Shown here in pieces: positions 8,230-20,128 of a stretch of DNA of 64,000 nt. The stretch spans positions 4,564,747 through 4,628,746 of the forward strand of contig SMSO01000037.1 of the NCBI GenBank assembly GCA_004764695.1. The letters are read 5' to 3'. A program made the position numbers and the translations under genes. The stretch is from Schizochytrium sp. TIO01 (Eukaryota > Protista > Bigyra: Labyrinthulomycetes). The notes beneath the pieces were generated by a model. It did no database searches. It saw nothing but the letters and a program-made list of their open reading frames with translations, and was not told the DNA's origin. Within the stretch, counting starts at the first letter, position 1. Each line of letters opens with the position of its first letter.

Positions 8230-11200
8230 TGGAAGATAGCTGATGTAAATCTTTCTCTGACATTGGTAATAATTAAAGTGGGTAAGCTCGTCTGCAAGTT
8301 GGCAAAATAATACTCCTACTAAACTTTTAGTAGCGGAATTTCTTAAAGATTACTCGCAGTTTTAAGTAAATGAGCTCCATCCAACCAAACCTTGATCTAG
8401 AGGCGACTATATATTTGTGCATAATAGGAAATATGAGCTCCCTGGTTAGTCGATGTAGTATTGATTTATTGAAGAGATATTGGGGAGTAAGTTATAATAT
8501 ATTTCAGCCACAAAATAACCCTACTCACTCTGTTCAGCTACTGGAGATCCTGAGATTTTATTGTGTTCATGTGGATGGAAGAGCAACTACATACAGCTTG
8601 TAGAACGTTTCAATTGTGTAAATCATAACTTAAAACGTCTTTTACATAAATCAGGATATAGTTGCGTCGCAAGATTGTGCAAATAGCCTTCTTCAAAATT
8701 CTAAGATGTTGAAATCATAGTCTTTCTGCGTTGAGATGAAGGAAAACACAGCTACATGAGTGCACACGAACTAACTCATAGGAATAATGGGCCTTAGATA
8801 TGCAATATATAGTATTCTTTTATATTCTGAAGATAATCGAGATCTTCTGAACATTTTGCTTTTATGCGGAGAAGAAACAAGCTACACACGCAAAACAAAG
8901 CAGGATCTCAGGAACAGGCCTCTGAAATTAATAAAGAGGAATTTTCGACACGTTTCTATATGTTCCAGTCACACAAATGTTGCTCGTACGATTGTTCTTC
9001 AGCGTTACGAAAAGAATGAAAATCCCAGATGTCTCTTGTATTGATGTGCAGCTAGCTTCATGTGCGATACTAAGCGTGACCAAGAACCTCTGTAGTCAAA
9101 CTAAAGGCTCCTTTCACAAGCTTAGACGTCTATTCAAGCTGTTGTGATGTATTTGAGCCAAAACATCCCTTCCAAAATAGTTTCCAAAATTGAAAAACTT
9201 CGTCTAATCTTTGATATTTTTGCACATAGATTTGGAAAGGTCAACTGTCTGCGTGCCAATGAGCTAAATCTCATGGAAAAGGTTGTGTAGACTTTTGAAA
9301 ACACTCCTTATATATAATGCAGAGTAGCTTGTGCTATGAATTGTGCATAGGTAGTCTGACAAGGATGGCGAAAAAGAAAGAGGATGATATTTGAGTTACT
9401 GGGGTTTTGGGTCTGGAAACAGGCAGAATGAATGTATTATGTCAGTCCAATAGACAGGAGGTGTCGGAAGGAGAGCTGCGTTAGGCTAGGTTAGGCACTA
9501 GCTGTATACTGCCTCAATAATATAAGAGGCCTTTATATTTATTTATGTTGCAGCCACAAAAATCGTGCTAATGACCCTCCAACAAATTCTGTAGCTATTC
9601 TAAACTCTGAGATTCCATAATGTCGATATGTAGGAGAGAGAAGTTACATACATAGTATCGAGGTTTGCAATAAAGTATGTAAACTAATTTTCATGTCTTT
9701 TTCATACAGTAAGACATAGTTGAGTCTCAAGGCTATGCAAATAAAATTCTCCAGACCACGAAGATGATAATTCCTTGACATTTCTTGGAACAACACGTAG
9801 CAGAAAGCAATAAAATGCATGCTAGCGTATAGGATCATAAGTCATAACCTATAAATGTATCTTATAATACGTTTTCATGATAAAATGATGCATATCACTT
9901 TATCGATATTGAGTTAATGAAAACTCTGGGAGATTTTGACGTCAGTGTGATTTTTAAACAAGTCGCCGCGCGTGTGATTTTAATTTATCCCACCAGCAGG
10001 CCTTTATTGGCCTTATTCTCACATTACAATTTTGCTTGAATGCAAAATAGTGTAAATATACATATCCATTATTACAAAGATTACGAGCATCCTAAACATT
10101 CTATGAGTTTGGATAAAGAAAAGAAGAAGTTCAGGCTAGACATAGAAAAATATCTTGGAGTATTCTTTGGCACCCTTTTAAATATATTTTATTGTGTTCT
10201 AGCTGGAAAATTTGGGTAAAGATTATTCTCAGACATAATTAAATCACGAAAATTTATCGCATAGAAATGAACAAACGAACGAAGCAGTGCATGGTACTGA
10301 GCTAAGTGACAGCTAAACTTGCTCTCACAGCTAGAGGGTCTATTCTGTATACTATAATATGTTCCAGCTGTCAAATTGTGTATGTACCATTCTCCAACAT
10401 TTCTAAAGAGATTGAAAACCATGAAAATTTAAGATGTAAAAGTAAAGGTGAATAAATGAAACATTAAACGTATATTACGGCCTAGAGCATAGCAAGACGT
10501 TGCTTGAGATAGTGGAAGGGATCACTCCATATGCTGTGATATTGGTCCGCAAAATGGTGTAGATAGTCTTCCTCTACAGTTTCGAGATGATGAAACCAGC
10601 GTTTTATTTGCGTTGATGTAAAGAAAAAAGCAACTGTACTTGTGGTAAGAAGCTGAATTACATTAAAAAGCATTCACAGTCAGTCTGAGTATCTTCTTCA
10701 AATACTGTGTACTATTTGAACACAAAAATAATGTAATTCTTTTTCTACGGTAATGCCGCTACTATGAATTTCTTACTTTTCTTCGCCAAGATGAAGAAAA
10801 GAAAAATCCTATGCATGATAATAAGCTAGACCACAGCAAGACGTTCCTAAAAAGCTAACTGTAACATACTTTAAAATATATTTTGCCAGGTTCTGGCCTT
10901 GGCAATGGGGTTCTCTAACATTCCTGAAAGTAATGAAACTCCCAGCCATTTCTTGCATCAGAGGAGGAAAAGAGTGTTCAAGTACATGGAACTGAGGAGA
11001 ATGACAGCTCACAGTGCTACTACGCAACTAGAAGACGTACAATATATGGTATGGTATGTTTCGTCCCAAAAACGTTATATATAGCGTTCCTTTAAATATC
11101 TCTGAAAGTGATGAAGATCTAAAAATTTATGTTATAGAGATAACGAAGAAAGCTGATGCTATAGCGTATAGTCCAGCGCATTTTCAGATGGCTAGAATGC

Positions 11201-12330
11201 TTTATATCCTATGCTATGATATATTTGATCCCGCACAATGGTGTAGATAATCCCCAGCTTAATCAATATTGTGATAAACTCGTGTATCTCATGAAGAAAA
11301 AAGCAACTGTATACGTGATATTGAGCTAGGTCGCACCCATATATCTTCTCTGTAGACAGACTGAGTATCATTTCGCTCACCATAATTTATTTAAACACAA
11401 AATAGTGTAAATCTTACTCTCGAGGTTTATGGAGACAATTGAAATCTTAAACATTATATATGCGTTGAGACGAAGAAAAGAGCAACTCTATGCCACATCA
11501 CAGTAAAAAGACCTCAAGCTTAATTAAAGTATACTTAGGATATGTTCTGTATGTTTACTCTGTTATGTTCTAGCTCGAAAATGGGGTCACTGTAATTCTG
11601 AAAATCATAGACATCCAAGTATTTATTACAATAAGGTACCAAAAAGAGTTGCTACCTGCATTTTAGTGAGCTAAACCTATTCGAGACAGTAAAAATACTT
11701 GTCTATCTGCTGTGGCGTGCTTGAGCCGTAAATTGGTGTCGATAACGTTCTCCAATCGCTCCTGAAGGTTATGAAAATCCTGAAATTCTCTTCCAAAGTG
11801 GGATAGAAAACAATGAAACGCACTTTATTGGGCCAGATTAGAACGAAGCGCTTTTGTAGATAGACTACAAGCTTTCTCGTATGCTATGTTATCTTTAATA
11901 TGTTGATAGCATTTTCAAACACTCTTGAAGGCGTTGGAAATCCTAATCAATATTGCGTTAGGATGAAGAAAAACAGCTGAATGTATAGCGCAGATCAAAA
12001 CGTGATTGTTAGAAGTGTTATGGCACAGGTAGAATGCCTGCTCTATAATCTATGGTATATTCAAGCTGCAACATGACGCGGGTTGTATTATTCAACATGT
12101 CTGAAAATGGTCAACTCTTGAGATATATTGCAAAGAGGTTTATGAAATCGTACCAACAAGCATTTTGTTAGACCGAAGCATTACAAAATCAAAATCCTCT
12201 TATGCATGCAGTTCAGGATCCTTCTTATATATCCTACTACTTTGGTAATGCTCAAATGGTACAGGTAGCCCCCCACATAATGCAGAAGCTACACATATTC
12301 AAGAAGTTTCTAGCATAAGAGCAACCGCCT
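8230..12330. repeat. Highly diverged AT-rich tandem array of ~170-bp monomers (roughly 22-25) with a ~680-bp higher-order period
   Basis: Recurring motifs about every 170 bp, plus exact shared words: AAGAAAAAAGCAACTGTA 10621/11294, AATGGTGTAGATA 10553/11237, CAAAATAGTGTAAAT 10043/11398, TAATCAATATTG 11260/11944, AGCAAGACGTT 10491/10835, TGCGTTGAGA 8727/11461. Boundaries are approximate. Confidence 0.8.
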
Positions 12331-14299
12331 GCATGACACAAAATTGTTAATGGAAAGGTGCATCTCAATCTTAAATTGGGTCTTGTTTCAATTGGCAATT
12401 GTTAATATGTTAACAGCCGTGAAGTGCAGAGAAACCTCTTCATAAGGTTGAACCTTATATCAATCCTGGAGGTTCATTGGGTTGAACGCCCACCAGAACT
12501 TATTGTTACCTGCTGAAAGATGAATCTGGTCAGTTTGAGGTTGACTGTGTAAGGTGAAGAAAAGAGTCTTGATGAAGGATTCAAGAAGGTTTAAGAGTTA
12601 GCGAGCTGCTGTCTTGGAGTGAATCCCAGGATAGACTGATTCATGCATTAATTAGGAGGCTAAAACATTCTTAAAATGTGTTAGTTATGCTTGACGGGGC
12701 TAGGTTCATTCAACCTCTACAATCATCAATTTAAGTTGCAACATGATTGGTTCTAGAAAATGTGTAGTCACACTTTGGGGCTTTAGATTCTCAACTACGC
12801 AAGTCTAGTTATCTAGTTCTGCTCTATTGTATACCCTATGTCTACGCGGTCTTTACAAAGGAAAGCCGGGAACTCTAGCAATATCTTGTCCACTGGTTCC
12901 TTCGATCAAAGATCTCAGCATTAGCCAATGAAAATCTGACAGGCCGTTGCAAATGTGAGAGTGTCGGACCCAATGGGAAGTATATCTGCCACAATGATTA
13001 TGGAAACTATTCTATATCCTTTGTTAGGATACTATTATTTGAAATCTTACAATCAAGCATGATCACCTCTTGAGTGATATATCAGTCCTTGTATCAGTCT
13101 ATGATGTTCTTAATATGTAGGAAATGCTCTGTAGGAAATGCTCTGTATTTGATGTTAAGTTCTCTTTTATCCTTTTTGAATATATGGAAAAGAACGATTA
13201 AATGCATTTACAACAACTTGCCGCTGTCTGAGAAGGCTCTGGGATTGATGCAAGCACACCTTAAACGCCCTGCATTCACAAAACTGTTATGACTATTTTC
13301 CTAAAGAGATCTTTCTTAGAATGATTTTGGTTGTAAAATCGACTTGAGATGTTTTTGTTGAATTGTAACTGAAAGGAAATGAATAGTCGATACATTATGT
13401 AATCTGCAATCGAAAGTCTGTAAAATCAACTTGGAAATCTGCACCCCAACCCTTTCTGCACTTTACAGTGCTTTCTTTCCTATATTTACAAAATGAACAA
13501 TTGGATATGAAGAAGGAAGAGTTTGTCTCCGCCCCCCCTTGTTTATGGGGTTGCCCTATCGCCAATTTAAATTGCATGGTCTACTTACACAAATGAAGAC
13601 GTTTGCACATCGGCTCTCCAAATGGATTGGCGGCTAGCCACATTGTCGACAACGTAAATACAGATCAAGAAAGCTAAGACATCACACTCTTTAATTTTAC
13701 AATACCTCAACCCGACATCTGTAATTAAACTTGAGATCGTGCATAGAAAGACAATAATGTATCTTAACCTGTCAATATTTTCATAAGAGGTCTAAGTAAC
13801 GTGTGAAACGATCGTCATTCAGAGAATTAGTACGGCGTGCAATTGCATACACTCTCTCATACTCTAAGCGCATGTTACCACGTGATGTTTTAGCTCAAGA
13901 GCAAAGTGTATGTAAGAAAACCTAAGCAGCTGCAAAAGAAATACTTCAAGCACAATCTTTTGATTGTGCAAAACTTCTATGATATAAAAGAAACAAACAG
14001 TTACTATTTTAGAAACCACAATCAAACCTCGCTCGTTTCGGTAGTAGTCAAACATCTATCGTGCAATATCACAGATGCAATTATTTTAAAATATATCACA
14101 GCTATTTATTTACTTGAGGTTCTACATAAAAATTTATTGAGATGACAAATAGCAAGCCAGCCTGGTGTTTATGGAATGAACTTGAGGTCATTGTATATTC
14201 AATGTGTATGATATCTAAATCTACAAGAATTCTATGATAATTCACCAGCTGTTTTGAGGTGTGCTTTAAAGATGAAAAATGCTTGCGTTGTATTGATCA

Positions 14300-14940
14300 T
14301 ACTGATAAATCGTCATGATCAAAACTTCGATGGATTACACTACACGTATATTGTTCTAGAAAAATTCGATGAGTTAAAGTGCGTCTATTTGAAGCTTGGG
14401 AGTTTACATTTTTCTGAATCTTCGCGTAGCACACCCTTTCAAGGCAACAGCGCTGGGGCATGGGTTGCTCATAGTCCAAACGTCCAGTTGTGCCCACTAG
14501 CAAGAGCCTCTTGCATAGGTGCTCAAAACGCGCTGTTAGTTATTCGAAAAAGAGTGCCAGACATTCGGCCGATAGCGTCATTGTTTGCCTTGATAAACTT
14601 TTGTAGTTCTCGATAGTTTCTTTGCTATGTTTTTATTCATCAACGGGGGTTTATAATCTGAAACCTTAGGGAGGTGATTTGCATAGACGCCAGAACGATT
14701 ATGTATTCATGTTACAAGTTACAACCACATCGACCTCAGGGAAAGTACTCAAGTTAAATTCACGCTCAAGGAGCATTTGTACTGCGTTCTTGTTATCCAA
14801 CGCATCGTCTTCTTCGCTCAGCTACTTTACCTTCTGGGTAGGTAAAATCTTGCGCGCTCGTTCGTAGAAATGTCCTGTTTCACATTCCTCAGTAAATTCC
14901 AATAGAAATTGCTATGTTCTTCAAATATTCTTTCAACTAG
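14300..14940 (-). pseudogene. Possible decayed coding sequence of unknown origin
   Basis: Protein-like minus-strand segments broken by stops and frameshifts, e.g. FLLEFTEECETGHFYERARKILPTQKVK*LSEEDDALDNKNAVQMLLEREFNLSTFPEVDVVVTCNMNT*. No family recognised. Confidence 0.3.
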
Positions 14941-17221
14941 GTAAGAATCAGCGGAGCAAGGGTCAGCGATTCACCGATGATACTAATCATTTGGTCTTGC
15001 AGGGGAGTCTGCTCTGCTGTTGTCAGGACGCGAGAGCGAGAGAACCGAGGTGGTGGACCTTTTCATGCATCGTAAAGCGCGTTGTCCAATGTGACTGGTT
15101 TCGTTTGCTTGTCTTGAGGCAGTGCTCAAATTTACTCAGCGAAAGACGAAGCAAAGAAGCAGAAGGTAGGTACAGCTTCTGCAAGGGACAGAGCCAGCGA
15201 CGGAGCAGTTTCTTTGGCTGACAAGGGTATATGTACACTACATATCATGGCATAGAACAGCACATTTGCGCGCTGATTATTGCGCGAGCAGCAGCAAGAA
15301 TATATAGATAGCTGAAAGCCGAAGAATTTGGATACTGACTTGGAAGTTAGAGCTTTAAGAGTACGGATATGTTAAGCTTTCTAGCAAGATTAGTATCCTA
15401 ATCTTTCCTGGACGATGCGCTTGAATGGGTAAAAAAATACTGGCTATTGAAATCTCTTGCAGTTTTGGGAAGAATTTAATTATTCTTCAGTGACTTTCCT
15501 GCAAGTTCGTGGGCTGTTCGTCGTTTGGAATGAATCCTGACGAGTATCCCAACCTAATCCTGACCTCGACTTTCTTCAAGTATCCATTTCTTGCTGTTGA
15601 CATATTCCTTCCCTCTTTCCGGAAAAGTAAAAAAAGAAAAAGAAAATTCAAGCTGTGCCAAAATGATTATTTCGAATTACTTTTAGTAATAATAATAATA
15701 ATAAAAGTTAAGCTATATATATATGATAGAAAAGAAAGATGCATGTTATTATTATTATTCTTATTATTAATTTCAAAATAATTATGTTGAAATTGAGAAA
15801 AAACAAAAACAAAAACAAAAAAACATAGAAAGTGTAATTTTGATTAAAAAATAAAGAACTTATAATTTGGATAAAACTAAAGCTTGAAGAAAAAAAATCA
15901 TTCAACAGAAATGACTTGCGAAAAATTGAACAGCCTGTCACTCTTAAAAAAAGAAAAAAGAAAAAGAAAAAGAAACCACCCAAGTTCGAGCGGCGCGCAG
16001 TAATTAGGATCGCCCTAAAAACTTTCTGCATTTGGAGCCTGGAATCCTAATTTTCTTCCTTCTCCCCGCCATAATCAACTTTAGCAGAAGAAGACAAGCG
16101 GGCACTTTTTATCCTCTTTTCTGGCTAGCACTCTGCAACACGTTCAAGTTATTCTCACTTCGTCCCCAATCCACAGTAGTCCGTATAATTAAAAAAGAAT
16201 GCTTTAAAAAAAAATAATCAATACAATAGCTAACAGTTAGGTATGTATAGAAAACTACAGAAGAGCTGAAGAACCAAATAAAAAAGAGCGGTTCGACATC
16301 GTGTCCGTCGTTGACGAGTCCCATCAATTGATAAAGAGCGACTTCCTTCGCTGAGATCGCATTTATTCAGGGAAGAGCTCGAATCAAACCAACCAAATCA
16401 GCCACCAACCAAGCCGCCAAGCAACTACGCAAGAAAGTCAACGGCCTCGGGCAGCGACGACGGCGGCAGGCTTCTTTGGACACGAGTATCATCGAAGCTC
16501 CCACCAGTGACCAACCACCCAAGCTGTCAAGAGCTGGGCCTGGAGAGACGATTGTTGGCAGTACAGATGGCAGCACTGATGGAGGATCCCCTTGAACAAA
16601 TAAACAAATAAAAAAACAAACAAACAAGAAAACAAGCAAGCAAACAATCTAAAGACGAAATGATAAAATGATCAAGTGACTCGATGCCTCTGTGCCTAAA
16701 CCCAAACCTTCTGCAAAGAGTTGGTACCAACGCTGTCCGGCACGTTCTTGCTGCGCTTTACCCTGAAGTTTCAGAAGGGAAGTTGCCAAAGCAGTGGTCG
16801 TCGCTCGCGGGTAGTGGATGCTGTAAAATCGCCAGCAATCGTAACTCGGCGCTCTGATCGCAAACCAGTGCTGCTGGAGCCAAGCAAACCTAGGATGCCG
16901 TGATCCCGAAGACTCACGCGCAGCAGGGCGAGGTAGGCACGCACGTGACCCACATGTTCAGGTCGACGAGGTCCGCCTCGAGTTCTTCTTCAAGTCGTCC
17001 GTCTTTCGAGGGCACTCGTTCCCTTTCTGTGATTTCTCTCGTGCGTGCCAACTTCCTCGTTGATTTGAGTCGATCGAGATGGGCGAATCGAAAGTAACAG
17101 AGCGAACGAGGAGACGACTGAATGGCAAATGTCTTCAATTCCGAAGCGAGTTATTTCGAGCGAACTTCACACATGAGAGTGATCGAAGTGAGAATTATAA
17201 TGAATATTGAACAGCCATATA

Positions 17222-17290
17222 AATGAATGAATGATTGAATGATTGAATGAATGAATGAATGAATAAATGAATGAATGAATGAATGAATGA
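17222..17290. repeat. (GAAT)n microsatellite
   Basis: Directly visible, with a few interruptions. Confidence 0.95.
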
Positions 17291-20055
17291 CACTTCTTCA
17301 GTCAGTCCTTGGGTTAATTGGCGAAGTGCACTCATGGCTCGTGGCCTGTGCGGGTGTCACGGTAGGTGTGGCCCGAGCTTTGCTGAAGCTGGGCGGCAGG
17401 GCACAGCAGGGACCGACTTGCGCTAAACATAGAGCACAAATGCGCCGAGGTAAGCGGCAGGAACTACACGGGGTTTAGAGCGAGCGGCATGTCTGAGTTT
17501 AGAGAACTTTACTCCGTTGGAATTGCAGCAGTGACTGGAGAGGAGCTGGGCCTCCGTATCCTCTCGCCAGTCACGCTGAATGTCGCAGGATTCTGCCAGA
17601 AAGAATATGACACAGTGGTATGATGCTGATCAAGGTAGTCTCGGCTGAGTCAGGTGAGGAAAAGGCTGGGTGATGGAGGAATGGGTCCAGAAGACCAGCA
17701 CCTAAAAGGGTTTTCACACGCCAGCCAACCAATTCAAGCGAGGCTTGGTGGTCATCACGTGAAGCGATCAGTGAATTCGAGAGTGCTGACTTTTTGAAGA
17801 GAAAATGAAAGAGTGGTGGTACCGAGGCCTCTGAAGAGTTTGGAAATTAAATGAATGTTCCATTTGAGGGCTCCTTTTATTTTCTTTTGGAGCTGGCCTG
17901 CAGGAAGCAAGGGCCCGGACGAAGCCTCGCAGATGCCTATCTGCACGTCGTTTCTTTTTTGTAAGTCATGAATGCAAGGTATTTTTGCTAAAATTCGCGT
18001 CAAAATTTCGTATCTCTAGGCGCGTGGTTCGCGACACCATATATAAGGTGTATACAACAGTAACCCGCCTGTGTTAGAACATTATCACGTTATTTTGCAA
18101 TCCAATATGAACCCATCTACCATAGTTTCAGTCTGCGTTGGCACTCTGGGATGTAACAGAATGAATGGTTTACAATTTGTAAATATTAGAGTGATTCTAT
18201 TTTCTTAAAATAAATGAAGCCATTAATAAGCTCATCAACAACATAGCGAACACCAATAGCACTAGAAATCATCCTCTTGACGGTACCTGCCGGTCTGTCA
18301 GCCAACCTGTCGATAGTGCTCTGAAATATAAAATAAAACAGAATATTTATATTCTCAGCATTCTTCTCACTGACATAAAAAAAGAAGAAAAAATCAAAGT
18401 TCGAGATGAGTCTTGCAAAATCCTTACAAACATAACTTTGCTTGCTGACTTCCTCCGCGTCTACTTGCCTCTACTAAAATAAATGAATATTTCTTACAAT
18501 TATCTTTATATAAATCAAGGTAATGACAGCTTCTTCATGTACCGGAATTAGCGTCTTAACTGGCAAGAGACTTGCGCCTGCGTCACCGAGCTAGAACATT
18601 CTGCTTATTAAAAAAAGATCTCAAAGACTGCAGTGATGAATGTTTGTTTCTCTTGTAACTTTTGATAGGACTTCTATTTTTGGAATAATGAACGTTTGTT
18701 GACGATCCTTTTTGCATGTTGGATGAGAAGAAGCCAACCATTGCGAGCTGGGCTAATGACTTGTGGCTCTTGTGGGTTTGCGTTTCGGTGGCCCAGATCG
18801 ATCGATTGGTCGTGATGGCAGCACGTGGTCGTCTCGATGCGGCTCTCTATGATTGGTTTTCCTGCGAAAAGAAATCCTATACTTGGTTCAAAAGTTCTGT
18901 TCCCTTCCATGTCCGTCGTGAGCCTGGAGCACAGAGCCCTTATGCTATACCTACCTATACATCTAAACCTAGTAAATGAATGAATAAATGAATGAATCGA
19001 GACCTCATACTGTTGTTACTTATAGTACATTTCAAGTAAACAAAAAGGATACATTAAGGAACAAGTTGACAATATTCCCCTCACCACTGCCAATGTCCAG
19101 GACTCTTGCCGACATCGCTACCGAGCTGCGGCTGATCACGTGGTGAAGACTTGCCGCGAGTATGCATCCTCTCGGTACCCTTCAAGCTTGCTGGAGCTGG
19201 CAGCTAGCTTTTAAAAGAGATGCGAAGTTTGTACAGATTTATGTAACTGTTCGAAGATGCTCAGCGAGCCGCCGTTTCCAACTTGTTACCCTCGACGTAC
19301 GTGGAGACCTTTCTGGCCGCACGTGTCTCTCTCTGTGTCTTCAAGAATCTAGGCGAGATACAATAGATGGCAGCTTGGCAGAGAGACCTCGAATCCAGCC
19401 TCAAAATGGATGACTGGATGGTTGGCTCGCGATTTGCATGTCCCTAAATCGACAGCAACCTGCATTTTTCAGGAAGCGTCTTCTGAGGCCCAACAGAAGG
19501 AGGGAAGAACTAAGGTTAAGCTGGCGGGAAATTGCAATGGCGATCGCAGTCGAGGCAAGGAAAGGCAAGGCGCGCTCTGAACCTGTTGTTGTTGTTGTTG
19601 CTGCTGCTGCTGCCCACGGTTAGTTCGATGTGCAGTTTTCCAGGCGATGTTTAATCTTTGCCACAGCGGGGCCCTCTGGCAGGACCACTGGCACTCTGGG
19701 CCGCCATTACATCTGGAAAGAGAGGAGACTCCAAACGATACTCCACGAGCCAACGTCTGTCTCCTCGCCACCCGCTTGAGACGGCACATTTCGGAGTAAA
19801 CTCGCGAGGCATGGCATCATTTCAAGATCTAGCTGGCATCCAAGATGGCGGTCCCTTCGCATTCCATGCTTCTTCCCTCAGAAAGACCCGCCGGGACCGC
19901 CCTCGCTGCCCCAAGATAAGATCTCAAGGCCCCAAGCGCTGCCGCTCCACGGGCCTCTTTCCGCAAACAAGCGCCTGCATTCTGCACGGTCTGAGCTTGT
20001 CCCTGCAATCAATCCGTGGTCCATCCAGCGCAACGACGGACTCCAATCTTGCAAA

Positions 20056-20128
20056 AAGCAGAGCAAAGCAGAGCAAAGCAAAGCAAAGCAAACCTAAGTA
20101 AGCAAAGTAAGCAAAGCAAAGCAAAGCA
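20056..20128. repeat. (GCAAA)n pentanucleotide microsatellite
   Basis: Directly visible, imperfect. Confidence 0.9.

Noticed and set aside
10580-12110. Box D/box C-like CTGA-AAG-TGATGA in array monomers, suggesting a snoRNA or guide-RNA cluster
   Set aside because: Perfect only at ~11102-11114. In other monomers it is as degenerate as the surrounding sequence, so there is no sign of box-specific conservation. Small-RNA sequencing would settle it.
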